DNA of 64,000 nt from Chlamydiota bacterium (GCA_947494155.1 CANLTW010000001.1:96001-160000), one strand, 5' to 3'. Positions 49,991 to 60,166 are shown, counted from the stretch's first letter. Notes: generated by a model from the letters alone, not told the origin. Made by a program: numbers and translations.

Positions 49991-50016
49991 AATAGAGACA
50001 ACTAGAAAAGTTGTTT
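49991..50016 (-). terminator. conserved hairpin downstream of tRNA-Ala (copy B)
   Basis: identical 26-nt block to 48130-48155. Confidence 0.5.
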
Positions 50017-50053
50017 CTTTACGTGTGTTTTTAGAATTAAAGAAAGGATTAAA

Positions 50054-50126
50054 TGGAGTATAGCGGACTCGAACCGCTGACCCCAACGCTGCCAGCGTTG
50101 TGCTCTACCAACTGAGCTAATACCCC
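50054..50126 (-). tRNA. tRNA-Ala(GGC), canonical, CCA not encoded
   Basis: GGGGTATTAGCTCAGTTGGTAGAGCACAACGCTGGCAGCGTTGGGGTCAGCGGTTCGAGTCCGCTATACTCCA folds as a full cloverleaf with G3:U70. Confidence 0.97.
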
Positions 50127-50133
50127 GTCAGAC

Positions 50134-51807
50134 TTATTCCTTCCCCTCAACAGCCTCAAGGAAAGCTTGTAGCTGCTTGGATCGGGTGGGATGACGCATT
50201 TTTCTCAAAGCTTTGGCCTCAATTTGGCGCACCCTTTCACGAGTTACCTTAAATTGCACACCTACCTCTTCGAGAGTTTTCGGTTTTCCGTCAAGTAAAC
50301 CGAAACGTTCGATTAATACTGTACGCTCTCTGTCAGTTAATGTCGAGAGAACTTCGTTCATTTTATCTTTTAGGATCGAATATCCTGTAGCATCTGCAGG
50401 GGACTCGGTAGCGGTATCCTCAAGGAAATCACCAAATTGACTCTCTCCGCTGTCTCCCACTTCTGCTTGCAAGGAGATCGGATGTTGAGCAATTCGATAA
50501 ATCTCACGCACCCTATCCGGAGTCAACCCAAGCTCTTTAGCAAGCTCCTCGGGCGTCGGCTCCTTACCTGTCTCCATCATGAGCTTTTTAGCGCCCCTTA
50601 ATACACGGTTGATAGTCTCAATCATGTGTACAGGGATACGGATCGTGCGAGCCTGATCGGCAATCGCTCGTGTTACTGCTTGTCGAATCCACCAGGTGGC
50701 ATAGGTAGAGAATTTATACCCGCGTCGGTATTCAAATTTTTCCACCGCCTTCATTAACCCCATGTTCCCCTCTTGGATCAGATCCAAGAAAGAAAGGCCA
50801 CGGTTCGTGTATTTTTTCGCAATCGAGATCACAAGGCGCAGGTTGGACTCTACCATCTCTCTTTTAGCTTCCTGGCTCTTGTCCATCCAGCGCTGCAACA
50901 TGCGGACATCTTTTTTATATTCGTCCAATGTCCTTCCGGCAGCAAGCTCTCTTAAAAATAGACGTCGTCTCGCCGAAAAAAGTTTTTGCGCTGCAAAGCG
51001 ATTTTTTTCTGCTCTTGGAATAAGATCTTTGATCTCTTTTTCCAAATGCAAAAGCCTGTCATAGCTTGAGAGGATTACTTCGCCGAAATCTTCAATTACC
51101 GAATATTTCAGGTGCATGCGTCGCAAGTAGGCTTGTGTTCTTATACGGCTTTTTTCTATCGCCTCAAGGACTTTGATCCTTTCAGCCTTATTATTTTCCA
51201 CCTCTTTCATTTTCAGAAGCTGCGGCTCTAAAAAAGCATCCTCTTTAGAAAGGAGCTCCTCTAGTTTAGGCAATAGTTGCATGAATTTGGCGCGGTCTTC
51301 CACCTCTTTTTCGGCAACAATTTTATCAAAGCGTTCTTTGCCGGAGATGAGATAACGGATGATTGAGCAGGTCTCTCTTTCAGAGTAACGGAAGCGCATG
51401 ATGATCCTTTCGATCTGCATTTGCGCTTTTTCGATCCTTTTGGAAATTTCGACCTCTTCTTCGCGAGTAAGAAGGGGGACAGAACCCATCTCTTTAAGAT
51501 ACATCCTAACGGGATCATCTGCAGCTGCATCAGAGCGTTTTGGCAAGAGTTCTAATTCTTTAGCCTCTTTTTTACGCTCTTTTTGCTTCTCAATCTCTGC
51601 TTGATTGTAGATCTGGATATCCATCCCACTTAAGAAAATCAATACTTGATCGATCTCTTCCGCAGTGTCAAATGTCATCGGAAGGATATCATTGATCTCT
51701 TCGTAGGTGATGAATCCCTGTTCCTTAGCAACAGCGACCAGCTCCTCGATTTTTTGCTGATATTGAGGATCCGTGTGTTGGTTTTCGGATGGTTTGCTCA
51801 TATTCAT
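50134..51807 (-). CDS. rpoD: RNA polymerase primary sigma factor (sigma66), canonical copy (start may be 51801)
   Basis: [45 protein letters not shown]. Confidence 0.97.
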   Translation of the reverse strand: MNMSKPSENQHTDPQYQQKIEELVAVAKEQGFITYEEINDILPMTFDTAEEIDQVLIFLSGMDIQIYNQAEIEKQKERKKEAKELELLPKRSDAAADDPVRMYLKEMGSVPLLTREEEVEISKRIEKAQMQIERIIMRFRYSERETCSIIRYLISGKERFDKIVAEKEVEDRAKFMQLLPKLEELLSKEDAFLEPQLLKMKEVENNKAERIKVLEAIEKSRIRTQAYLRRMHLKYSVIEDFGEVILSSYDRLLHLEKEIKDLIPRAEKNRFAAQKLFSARRRLFLRELAAGRTLDEYKKDVRMLQRWMDKSQEAKREMVESNLRLVISIAKKYTNRGLSFLDLIQEGNMGLMKAVEKFEYRRGYKFSTYATWWIRQAVTRAIADQARTIRIPVHMIETINRVLRGAKKLMMETGKEPTPEELAKELGLTPDRVREIYRIAQHPISLQAEVGDSGESQFGDFLEDTATESPADATGYSILKDKMNEVLSTLTDRERTVLIERFGLLDGKPKTLEEVGVQFKVTRERVRQIEAKALRKMRHPTRSKQLQAFLEAVEGKE

Positions 51808-51810
51808 GAT

Positions 51811-51839
51811 ATTGTTATATGAATATCACTTAATGTCAA
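51811..51839 (-). promoter_or_regulatory. candidate rpoD promoter with very short leader
   Basis: TTGACA-N17-AACAAT on the minus strand, 9 nt before ATG 51801; no Shine-Dalgarno. Confidence 0.45.
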
Positions 51840-51913
51840 GTTTTGAACAGTCCACCTCCGCTAGCCCTCATAAAAGAAAAAAAAGGGGGGAGCCTTCTGA
51901 CGCCCGTTTTCGT

Positions 51914-52345
51914 ATGGCCAAAAGCTCCTTGCATAGAGACATTCAGCTTTTTTTATGCAACTACTACTCCGGTGAAGATCTTTTAATGGAAAAAAAATTC
52001 CCCTCAATTAAAAGGACGGCAGACCTGGTTTTACTCAAACAAAAAAAGGTCTTTGAGGTGCAGACCTCTTTAATAGGGATTAAAGAGCTTTTAGAGCGCG
52101 AAAGGGATTACCGCTCACTAGGGTATGAAATTACCTGGCTCCTTTACGATAAAATTTTTTACTGTGAACCGCCGCTTCTAGTCACACGTGTTTTTTCTTC
52201 CAAAAACACCTATTATTTCTCGTTTCACAACGAGAAGCTCTTTTTATTTCGTAATCTAGACCTCGAGCCAGTCCCGGTCGATTTGTTTTTTCAACCCGAT
52301 CCATTTTACAAAAAATGTTTGCGATTTTTTAAAGGTTTTCTTTAG
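51914..52345 (+). CDS. CoiA-like nuclease-fold protein
   Basis: RTADLV-VFEVQTS-ERE-Y-LGY-WL; start moved to ATG 51914. Confidence 0.7.
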   Translation: MAKSSLHRDIQLFLCNYYSGEDLLMEKKFPSIKRTADLVLLKQKKVFEVQTSLIGIKELLERERDYRSLGYEITWLLYDKIFYCEPPLLVTRVFSSKNTYYFSFHNEKLFLFRNLDLEPVPVDLFFQPDPFYKKCLRFFKGFL

Positions 52346-52770
52346 CGGCTATCTTTGGTAAAAGAGAATCTATGCGAGTAGGCATACAACCAGATAAAAT
52401 AGATGCTGACGGCCAAAGCCAATCCAAAATGGACCAACTCTTTCATCGGAAAATATTTTTGCAGACTAAACGAGCTGTCATAGGAGTTTTTATACACCGT
52501 CCAGCTCTCTTTTCGCATTTCCTCCATCGCCTCTTGCGCAACGAATTCATTTAAAAATCTTTCTTTAAACCTGTAATCGACCTGTCTATCGCCAACTTGG
52601 AATGCAGCCTCTAAAAAAAAGGTCCCTTTAGGTCCGGGTTGGATATCAAAGTGGGCGATCTCCACTTGTTCAACCGGATACTGACAAGAATATTCAAAAA
52701 ATTTTATTACAAAATTTGCGCCTAAATAAAGATTACTTGCTAAAATAAGAAAAAATAGCCCCTGCCACAT
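52342..52770 (-). CDS. hypothetical two-TM membrane protein
   Basis: TM - beta-rich domain - TM; SLQKYFP motif. Confidence 0.7.
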   Translation of the reverse strand: MWQGLFFLILASNLYLGANFVIKFFEYSCQYPVEQVEIAHFDIQPGPKGTFFLEAAFQVGDRQVDYRFKERFLNEFVAQEAMEEMRKESWTVYKNSYDSSFSLQKYFPMKELVHFGLALAVSIYFIWLYAYSHRFSFTKDSR

Positions 52771-52840
52771 GAAAATCCTTTATGCAAAACGACCACCCTG
52801 TTATAGTTGGAACAGTAGTTTTTAGGAAAGTACAATATCT

Positions 52841-53119
52841 ATGGCCGAAAAGAAACCAAAAGGTCCTCAAAAGCGTCCAAGCGCTCTCAAAAGAGACGAC
52901 CAAGCTGAAAAGCGCCGCTTGAGAAACAGATCCCGCAAAGCTCAAATCTTTACTGAACGCAAAAAATTAGAGGCGGCTTCTGCTGACAAAAAATCTGCTC
53001 AACTCAGTACTGTCGTAAGCCTTTTAGATAAAGCTGCGAAAAAAGGGACTATTCACCCAAACAAAGCCAGCCGTCTGAAGTCCCGTCTAGCGTTACGCAC
53101 AAATAAAGCTTTAGCTTAA
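52841..53119 (+). CDS. rpsT: 30S ribosomal protein S20
   Basis: SALKR-Q-EKRRLRN, LDKAAKKG-IH-NKASRLKSRL. Confidence 0.96.
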   Translation: MAEKKPKGPQKRPSALKRDDQAEKRRLRNRSRKAQIFTERKKLEAASADKKSAQLSTVVSLLDKAAKKGTIHPNKASRLKSRLALRTNKALA

Positions 53120-53146
53120 GATCTTTTTTCAAAAAATTGATGGATC

Positions 53147-53177
53147 AAGGGGCCCTTAATGGGACCCCTTTTTTTTT
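53147..53177 (+). terminator. intrinsic terminator after rpsT
   Basis: AAGGGGCCC-TTAAT-GGGACCCC followed by a T run. Confidence 0.75.
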
Positions 53178-54905
53178 CTATCTCGCTACTACCCTGCTGG
53201 GAAGTTGAGGCAAGAAGGTCACCTCATACTTTTTCGACTCTAGTTTTTTATAGACTGCCCGAAGGATTTCGACATTGATTTTAAGATTCTGCATCAGCTT
53301 TCTAAAAAAGAGGCTCTCTTTGAAATCTTCAAGCGATTTGCGCGAGGTGAAAATCAAAAATGGGCATCTCTCCTCTTTCATGATCGCCAGCTGAAATTGA
53401 TCCAATGAATTTTTTGAAGTGTAGATGTGTACATTTGCAAATAGGTTCAAAAAATGGTCCACTATCCCTTTTTTCTCCTTTATAAAGTAGAAATGGATGT
53501 TGGGGCTATAGGTGGTTAATAGGGCCAAATCCATCCAGGTGCGCGGGATAAACATATACATCCGTTTGCGCATCGATTCCTCTAGTTCGGGCTCGACAAG
53601 ATCCACTCTGTATATCCGTCCGATTGTGGAGCGCAAAAGATAGTGCATGGATCTAGCGGACAATCGACTGAACACATAGGCAAAAAAGGCAAGGGTAACA
53701 AAAGCAATAAAGAAAAAGCCGGTTTTTGGACTGTCGAACAAGGAGATTGCTAAAGAGGCGATTGCTACCCCTAAAAAACTCAAGAAATTGGTTGCAGCAA
53801 CTACTTGCCCCCGCCTCTCCAAAGGGGTATTAGTCTGGTAGAAGGCATCAAACGGGACAATATACATCCCCCCCGTAAGCCCTAAAATAAAGAGACATAC
53901 AGCTGTAGACCAGTAAAACGGGATGATAGGCATCAAAAGTAGCGCCAGACCCGATATAAGCCCTGCAAGTGCCGATAGACCAATTTCGGCCTCTTTGCGC
54001 GACAATTTACCAGCAACCCAGCCCCCGATCGAAATCCCCACGGCGGCGGCCACAAACACATTCCCCCCATCCTCTTTCGTCAGCCCCAGCGATTCGATTG
54101 CATAGGGAACCATGTTCATTTGCACAAAAGCAGCCACAAATAAAAAGAAGGTTGAACCAAAAATTGAGGTGAGCAGAAAGGGGGTTTTTTGACAGAATTT
54201 CAGCGTCTCGTACACCTCTTTTACAAAGAAAGGGGAGGCTTTACAATCGTTGGCAACAGCAGGGGTTGGCCTCACACACAACGAGGCGAAACATCCTATC
54301 AAAGCAGCCCAGAGGCAAAAAGTCGATGCAAACGTGTAGTCCCCCCCTGAATAGGTAGACAATACCCCCCCCATCACCATCCCCACAATCACTGCAAGGT
54401 AAGTCGAAGCGGTGATTAACCCATTTGCTCTGGGAATCTCTTCTTTTGTCACCAATTCAGCTATGATGCTGTATTTGGGCGGCCCCATCAAGGCGGCTAC
54501 AACAGAGAGCATAAAAAGGAGTGCATAGCAGGCTAAAGCGCTTTGACAATAGAAAGCTAATATCCCCACTAATGTGACCACCACCTCGCCACACTTCAGG
54601 GCCGTCATGAATTTTTGTTTGCTAATTTTATCCGCAAGCTTTCCTGCAAAAGAGGAGAAAAGCAAAAACGGTAACACGTACACAATTCCCACCGTTGACA
54701 TGATTTCGGCAGACCCTTTGTCGCCCTGGATGGAGATTAACAAAAATATCGTTAAAAACTTAAAAAGGTTATCCACAAGAGCCGAGGTAAATTGGGAAAT
54801 ATTGTGAAACATCAAGGAATTTTTAAAAAAAGGGTTCCCCTCTCTGTAAAAAGAAAAATTTGAAAGATGGGCTCGTTGAAACGGAGTTTTCGATTTAATC
54901 CTCAT
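53178..54905 (-). CDS. LplT/Aas-type MFS transporter with degenerate C-terminal domain
   Basis: QF-A-DNLFK, LPFLLFS-AG-LADK, GPPKYSII-EL, ANG; start set at ATG 54905. Confidence 0.85.
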   Translation of the reverse strand: MRIKSKTPFQRAHLSNFSFYREGNPFFKNSLMFHNISQFTSALVDNLFKFLTIFLLISIQGDKGSAEIMSTVGIVYVLPFLLFSSFAGKLADKISKQKFMTALKCGEVVVTLVGILAFYCQSALACYALLFMLSVVAALMGPPKYSIIAELVTKEEIPRANGLITASTYLAVIVGMVMGGVLSTYSGGDYTFASTFCLWAALIGCFASLCVRPTPAVANDCKASPFFVKEVYETLKFCQKTPFLLTSIFGSTFFLFVAAFVQMNMVPYAIESLGLTKEDGGNVFVAAAVGISIGGWVAGKLSRKEAEIGLSALAGLISGLALLLMPIIPFYWSTAVCLFILGLTGGMYIVPFDAFYQTNTPLERRGQVVAATNFLSFLGVAIASLAISLFDSPKTGFFFIAFVTLAFFAYVFSRLSARSMHYLLRSTIGRIYRVDLVEPELEESMRKRMYMFIPRTWMDLALLTTYSPNIHFYFIKEKKGIVDHFLNLFANVHIYTSKNSLDQFQLAIMKEERCPFLIFTSRKSLEDFKESLFFRKLMQNLKINVEILRAVYKKLESKKYEVTFLPQLPSRVVAR

Positions 54906-54925
54906 CGGATATCCTCTTTTATACG

Positions 54926-56692
54926 ATGACTTTACCACATTTAACCCAATCGAGCAAAGACCTTTTCGCCCCGGCGAACCTAGGTACAATCCTCCAAAGC
55001 AATCACCTTCAACATCTTATTGAAGAATTAAAAAAAAGGCTAACATCCGATTCTTTGAAAAAAACCTCTGTACTAGTGGAAACCTCATCTATCAAAAATT
55101 ATTTGAAAACAGAGCTTGGCAGCTTTGCCGGGGTCGATTTTGTCGAACCCGCTCAATTTGACCCTTTTTTGCGCTATAGAATCGATAAAGAGCTTGCCGA
55201 TGTTTTCCATCTCTACGCCAAATTCGGGGGTGATGCCCTAGAAAATTGGCTTAAAATACCCTCTTTGGAGGCCGATACTTACCGCCAGCACGTACGTCGC
55301 AGCGTCCCGGTGCGCGCTTTTGAGCTACACATCTTCCACCCCACCTACCTCCCCAAATGGTATCTCGACGCTCTCCTGAGGCACTCCCCTAAGGTAAAAT
55401 ATTTTTTTTACATTCTGTCCCCTTCCCCCTTTTTCCTTATGGATCTTGTCCAAGAAAAACACCTGGTATCGGATGCTTTAGAACGTGTTTATGTAGAGGA
55501 CCAATTCAGGCTTTTAGCCAACCTCATCCCCTACAAACTTTCATTGTTCAAAACGCTGGAAAAATATGCCTTGGACTCTATTGATCTTTTTCAGGAACCC
55601 TTAGGAAATTCGAGCCTTCAAAAGCTCAAAAGAAACCTCTTTAGCCAAAGAGCCGAGCCCATTGATCCCGACGCCTCGCTTAATGTGATACCTAGCCTTA
55701 ACCCCCTTGATGAGGTGAAAAACTGCTTTACTCATCTCTATACTCTTTTAGACTGCAACCCAAACTTAATACCTAGCGACATCACTATTTTTGCCGATCT
55801 TAAAAAATACGGCCCCCTTTTGGAGCTGGTTTTTGCCGACAAACTTGCTCTTCAAATCGATCAGGTTCCCCTTATCCGTTTTGACCCTGAGGTAAAACAA
55901 TTTTATCGTCTTTTTCAATTGATCGATGGCCCATGGAATTTAAGAACTCTTAAATCCCTGTTTTTCTCAGAAGAGCTTGCAGATTGGCTTGAGCATGTGG
56001 GATTCCACTCAGGATTCCATCCTGCGCACCAGAAAAGCTCGTGCGGTGTAAAAGAGGAGCTGGGGAAATCTTTTGTAGAGTGTTTTGAACAACTCATCGA
56101 TCGGATGGTATTTGCTGAAAATGGGCTCTTACCCCCTTTTCCACTCTCTTTAGGTCTATCTCTTTTAGAAACCTACGATCGGCTCGAATCTCTATACAAA
56201 GAGACTGTTTTTCTTAAGAATTTTCAAGCTCCGCTCGATGCTTGGCTTGAGCGGTTGCGAGATTTTTTTTTAAACCACCTCAACGTCTCCCCTTCCCATG
56301 ACTTTTTCAAAGAATGGGCAAATTATCAGCCGTTGGTGACGCAAGAAGAGTGTGATTTTTCTTTTCTTAGACAAATCTTTTATGATCTTTTTGAGTCGCT
56401 AAAAGGGCCCCTGCTTCTGAATGAGGGTGATAGGATTCGCGCAAGCAATCTCAAAGAGGGGGCGATACTTCCGAATAAGATTCTTTTTGTCCTTGGAATG
56501 GGGATTGAAGATTTTCCCGGCTATAGGCACCTCTCGATGCTTTATCGACTAGAAAAGTACCCCCCGCCCCAGGGAATGGTGGATCGTTACAAATTTCTAG
56601 AAGTCCTTTTAGCGGCCGAGGAGCGACTCCTCTTCAGCTACTCTACAAAAGCCCCTTCGACCCTTTTAGAGGAGATCTTCCGTCCTGTATGA
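54926..56692 (+). CDS. recC: exodeoxyribonuclease V gamma, N-terminal part (split RecC; start uncertain)
   Basis: SNHLQHL, ILSPS-F-D, DEV, PSDI, VLGM-FP, DRYKFLEVLLAA-RL-SY, PSTLLEE. Confidence 0.8.
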   Translation: MTLPHLTQSSKDLFAPANLGTILQSNHLQHLIEELKKRLTSDSLKKTSVLVETSSIKNYLKTELGSFAGVDFVEPAQFDPFLRYRIDKELADVFHLYAKFGGDALENWLKIPSLEADTYRQHVRRSVPVRAFELHIFHPTYLPKWYLDALLRHSPKVKYFFYILSPSPFFLMDLVQEKHLVSDALERVYVEDQFRLLANLIPYKLSLFKTLEKYALDSIDLFQEPLGNSSLQKLKRNLFSQRAEPIDPDASLNVIPSLNPLDEVKNCFTHLYTLLDCNPNLIPSDITIFADLKKYGPLLELVFADKLALQIDQVPLIRFDPEVKQFYRLFQLIDGPWNLRTLKSLFFSEELADWLEHVGFHSGFHPAHQKSSCGVKEELGKSFVECFEQLIDRMVFAENGLLPPFPLSLGLSLLETYDRLESLYKETVFLKNFQAPLDAWLERLRDFFLNHLNVSPSHDFFKEWANYQPLVTQEECDFSFLRQIFYDLFESLKGPLLLNEGDRIRASNLKEGAILPNKILFVLGMGIEDFPGYRHLSMLYRLEKYPPPQGMVDRYKFLEVLLAAEERLLFSYSTKAPSTLLEEIFRPV

Positions 56693-57435
56693 AAAACCTT
56701 AAAGAGTTAAAAACTCTCCTTTGCGATCCTTTAAAATTTTTCTACGATGTAGGGCATAAAATTGCCGCTCCTTACACAGAAGACCCTTTAAAAGAGCGCC
56801 TTAATCATCCAAAATACCTAGTACAATCCATAAAACAGTCTCTGTACTTTTTTGATCTAGACCAGCTCTCTTTTTATGGGGAGTCGCTCTCAAAAATGGC
56901 TCGAGCCGAACTTTTAGCCGATCTTGAGGAGGAAGATAGGTGCATTATCCAACAGTTAAAAATGCACCAATTGACCAAAGATGCCCTTTTCAGCATAGAT
57001 ATTCTAGACCATATCAAAGAGCCCTATTCCAGACAAAACGTCCGTTTTATCCCGAAAACCACTTTGACAGGACACATCGGTGTCGTTGCAGAAAAAGGGA
57101 TTCTAGTGAATCAAAAAAGGGAGAAGAATTCGGAGTTTTTTAAGGCTCTTTTGCCCCCCCTTCTCCTTTTATCCACTATAGACACGAACATCCCTTTAAA
57201 AATGCTCCTTTTTAACGGTGAAGATTTTTCTATGACAAAAAACGAAGCGTCGGAACTTTTGGACTGCTTATTACACTTGTATCCGATTGCGCTCAAGCAA
57301 CCCCTTGAGCCCCTTACAAACCTTTCCGATAAGTTTGGAGCATACAGCCCGATCGCCCCTTTTTTCGAGGAGATAGACACCCCTTTAGTAACTACCCTCA
57401 ACACTCTAGTCAAGGGGCTGTATGAGAGGTTTTGA
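56689..57435 (+). CDS. probable RecC C-terminal domain as a separate ORF
   Basis: begins LKELKTLLCDPLKFFY, like the start of the RecC C-terminal domain; ATGA overlap; lies between recC and recB. Confidence 0.6.
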   Translation: MKNLKELKTLLCDPLKFFYDVGHKIAAPYTEDPLKERLNHPKYLVQSIKQSLYFFDLDQLSFYGESLSKMARAELLADLEEEDRCIIQQLKMHQLTKDALFSIDILDHIKEPYSRQNVRFIPKTTLTGHIGVVAEKGILVNQKREKNSEFFKALLPPLLLLSTIDTNIPLKMLLFNGEDFSMTKNEASELLDCLLHLYPIALKQPLEPLTNLSDKFGAYSPIAPFFEEIDTPLVTTLNTLVKGLYERF

Positions 57436-60166
57436 CGTCTTAGATAAAAATCAATCGATTCTGGGAAGCCTCCTCATCGAGGCATCCGCGGGCACGGGGA
57501 AAACTTTTACTATCGAGCACACCGTTCTACGGCTTGTTAAAGAGGAAAAAATCCCTCTCCACAAAATACTTCTTTTAACCTTCACTGAAGCTAGCCAAAA
57601 GGATCTAATGGTGCGCGTCCTTGGCCGCCTAAAAAAAGAGAATTTTTTCGGCTTCTTAGAGGAGATGCCGATCCTTACATTCCAAAAGTTTATCCACCGC
57701 TTTTTGAACAAACCCCAAGAGTCAACCCACTCCCCTAGTTTACATCAGGAATTGGAAACCTTTATACGCACGCTGGATCCTTATAAAGAATTTGGTCCAA
57801 AACAGCTAAAAAAGCTCCTTTTCGCCCCCCGGTCTGATACCCATAAAGGGTTGAAAGAGCTTACCGACAAGCCCCCCTTTAGAGGGGATTTAATCCGCTT
57901 TGACGAGACTAATGAGAAGATCCACTCTATTTTAGAGCACTATGGAAAAGACCCTTTTTTTGCTCTGCTAAATAATTTTAGCCGCATCGAAAAAGAGGAC
58001 TTAGAGCTTTTTACCCTCTTTTTTTCAAACCCGCAACAAGCTTTAGACCAACAGCTCAGCAAAAAAAAATATGGCTTCCCTAAAATTATCCCTAAACACA
58101 TTAAATCTAACAAAACAGTTGTGATCCCAGTCGAAATCGCCATGATTTCCTCATTGATAGAGAAACTAGCCGATAGTGGGATGCAATGGACGTTTTTAAA
58201 ACAGCTTTTTGAAGCAAAAAGAAATCAGCAAATCGGGAGTTTTTCGCTCGATTTTGATCTTTTTTTACAAAAGCTCGAAGACCCCCTTTTTGTAGAACAG
58301 GTTTCACAAAAATTTGCAGCGGTAATTGTGGACGAATTCCAAGATACCGATCCGAGGCAGTGGGAGATCCTATCGAGGCTTTTTTTCAAAAAACCCCATA
58401 TCAAAACATTTATGGTCGTGGGCGATCCAAAACAGTCGATCTACAGGTTTAGAAACGCCGATTACGCCTCTTTTTATGCCGCCAAAAAAGCGTTGGGAAA
58501 AGAGGAGATTTTCCATTTGACCACCTCATACCGCTCCTCAGTTCGTCTTACAAATGCGACGAATGCCCTTTTTGAAATAGCACCACGCCCCTTTGATCCG
58601 ATCGATTACACTAGTGTTTTGAATGGCCGGCATGAAGAGGGGCTTGAGGTTCCTGTTGAGCTGGTAGTTTTTGAAAACCTCCCTAAAAATAAAGAGAAAA
58701 TCAATGAGATTCTCCACCCTTGGATTCTCTCGATTTTGTGCCAACAAAACATCGAGCTCGATCGCACAGCTATTTTAGTCAATCATCGCTATGAAGCTAC
58801 CGCTTTGGAGCAATTTTTACGAAAGCACTCCGTCCCGGTGAAACGAGTCGACAAAACACCCCTCAAAGATCGACTCTGTTTTCAGGAGTTTATTCAGCTT
58901 ATAAAGCTACTTAAAGACCCTTTCGACAAAAGAGCTCTACGCACCTACCATTTTCTTGTGACCCAAGAGATATTAACTGATGCTGAGGAGATCTTTTCTT
59001 CGTCTTATCATGGTACTATAAATACTTTACGAGAGATGAGGCAAAAAGCTTTTGAAAATGACTTTTCACTCTTTGTTAAGTCGTTTGAAAAAACCCCCCT
59101 GTTTCCCCTCCTATTAGAAAACCCACTCACCTCAATGGTCGATTTAGAGGAGCTTTTTGAAAAAATCTTCTATCATAGTGAAACACTCAAAGACTACGAC
59201 GAAAAAATAGATGGGGTCGAAATCATCACCACTTTTTCCTCAAAAGGGCTGGAATACGACACGGTGATTGCGCTGTCTCTGGCTACCGACGAGCGCAGAG
59301 AAGAGCTCAGTGGGGAGGACATCCAGGAAAAAATGCGCCTTTTGTATGTAGGATGTACCCGTTCGAAAGAGAAATTGATCCTTCCAGTTCTTTTGTCCAG
59401 GAAAAGTACTATCTGCTATTTTTTAGAAAAAGCCTGCCCGCAGCTATCTTTAGAAAACCTGAAAAAGTTGTTTCAAAATACCTTGGTACATGTTTCTGAG
59501 CCTAGTATTCAGGGAGCTAAAAAGAGTTTTAGCCCGATTCAGCAAGAGGATTTTCCCTATCCGGAAAAACCCAAATTTTATCCTAAAAAAGAGGCGCCCC
59601 TCTCTTTTAGCTCCATGGATTTTGAGGATTTAGCCATTGAAAAGGCGGTTCAGGGAGAATATGAGCTTCCGCTTGGGATCGAGTCGGGGGTATTCATCCA
59701 CAAAATCTTAGAAAGGATTTTCTCAGACCAGAGCAAAGAACTCTCAAAAGAGGTGGTGGAACCCATAGTTGAAAAATCCCTTTTTTTAACCCCTTATGCC
59801 CCTTTTAAAGACTATATTTTGCGCAAAGTCGAGTTTGTTTTGGACTATAAAATTGAGGGAGTTTCTTTAAAGCATATCCCCCCGCAGCAACGTCTTGCTG
59901 AGTCCCCTTTTTCTTTTTTTAGACAGAGCCAGCGTGTAGAAGGGGTCTATGACCTTCTCATCTTACTTAAAGATAGGATTCACATCATCGATTACAAGTT
60001 GACCCACCCAAGGAGTTTATCCACAAAAGAGCTCATAGAGGCATTTCACTATGATGAGCAGGGCAAGCTCTATAAAGAGGCGATACAAACTTTGTACCCG
60101 CTGATGAAGGATAAAGTAGAAATGCATTTTATTTTCTTACGCAACGAGGTGCACTATGTCCTCTAA
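57422..60166 (+). CDS. recB: exodeoxyribonuclease V beta (helicase/nuclease), shortened
   Basis: IEASAGTGKTFTI, LTFT, VDEFQDTD, GDPKQSIYRFR, SKGLEY, RLLYV-TR, G-YDL-IIDYK. Confidence 0.93.
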   Translation: MRGFDVLDKNQSILGSLLIEASAGTGKTFTIEHTVLRLVKEEKIPLHKILLLTFTEASQKDLMVRVLGRLKKENFFGFLEEMPILTFQKFIHRFLNKPQESTHSPSLHQELETFIRTLDPYKEFGPKQLKKLLFAPRSDTHKGLKELTDKPPFRGDLIRFDETNEKIHSILEHYGKDPFFALLNNFSRIEKEDLELFTLFFSNPQQALDQQLSKKKYGFPKIIPKHIKSNKTVVIPVEIAMISSLIEKLADSGMQWTFLKQLFEAKRNQQIGSFSLDFDLFLQKLEDPLFVEQVSQKFAAVIVDEFQDTDPRQWEILSRLFFKKPHIKTFMVVGDPKQSIYRFRNADYASFYAAKKALGKEEIFHLTTSYRSSVRLTNATNALFEIAPRPFDPIDYTSVLNGRHEEGLEVPVELVVFENLPKNKEKINEILHPWILSILCQQNIELDRTAILVNHRYEATALEQFLRKHSVPVKRVDKTPLKDRLCFQEFIQLIKLLKDPFDKRALRTYHFLVTQEILTDAEEIFSSSYHGTINTLREMRQKAFENDFSLFVKSFEKTPLFPLLLENPLTSMVDLEELFEKIFYHSETLKDYDEKIDGVEIITTFSSKGLEYDTVIALSLATDERREELSGEDIQEKMRLLYVGCTRSKEKLILPVLLSRKSTICYFLEKACPQLSLENLKKLFQNTLVHVSEPSIQGAKKSFSPIQQEDFPYPEKPKFYPKKEAPLSFSSMDFEDLAIEKAVQGEYELPLGIESGVFIHKILERIFSDQSKELSKEVVEPIVEKSLFLTPYAPFKDYILRKVEFVLDYKIEGVSLKHIPPQQRLAESPFSFFRQSQRVEGVYDLLILLKDRIHIIDYKLTHPRSLSTKELIEAFHYDEQGKLYKEAIQTLYPLMKDKVEMHFIFLRNEVHYVL

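Larger units (their letters stand above)
48079..51801. repeat. diverged tandem duplication, unit about 1861 bp (48079-49940 and 49941-51801)
   Basis: constant 1861-bp offset across tRNA and rpoD; homology extends through the intergenic region to the ATGs at 48078 and 49940. Confidence 0.95.

Noticed and set aside
48193..50126. Integrative element bounded by tRNA att sites
   Set aside because: No integrase or foreign cargo; homology covers the whole unit, which fits a plain tandem duplication
52808..52843. Leaderless promoter for rpsT (TGGAAC-N17-TACAAT)
   Set aside because: Only 4 nt separate the -10 box from the ATG, shorter than usual start-site spacing
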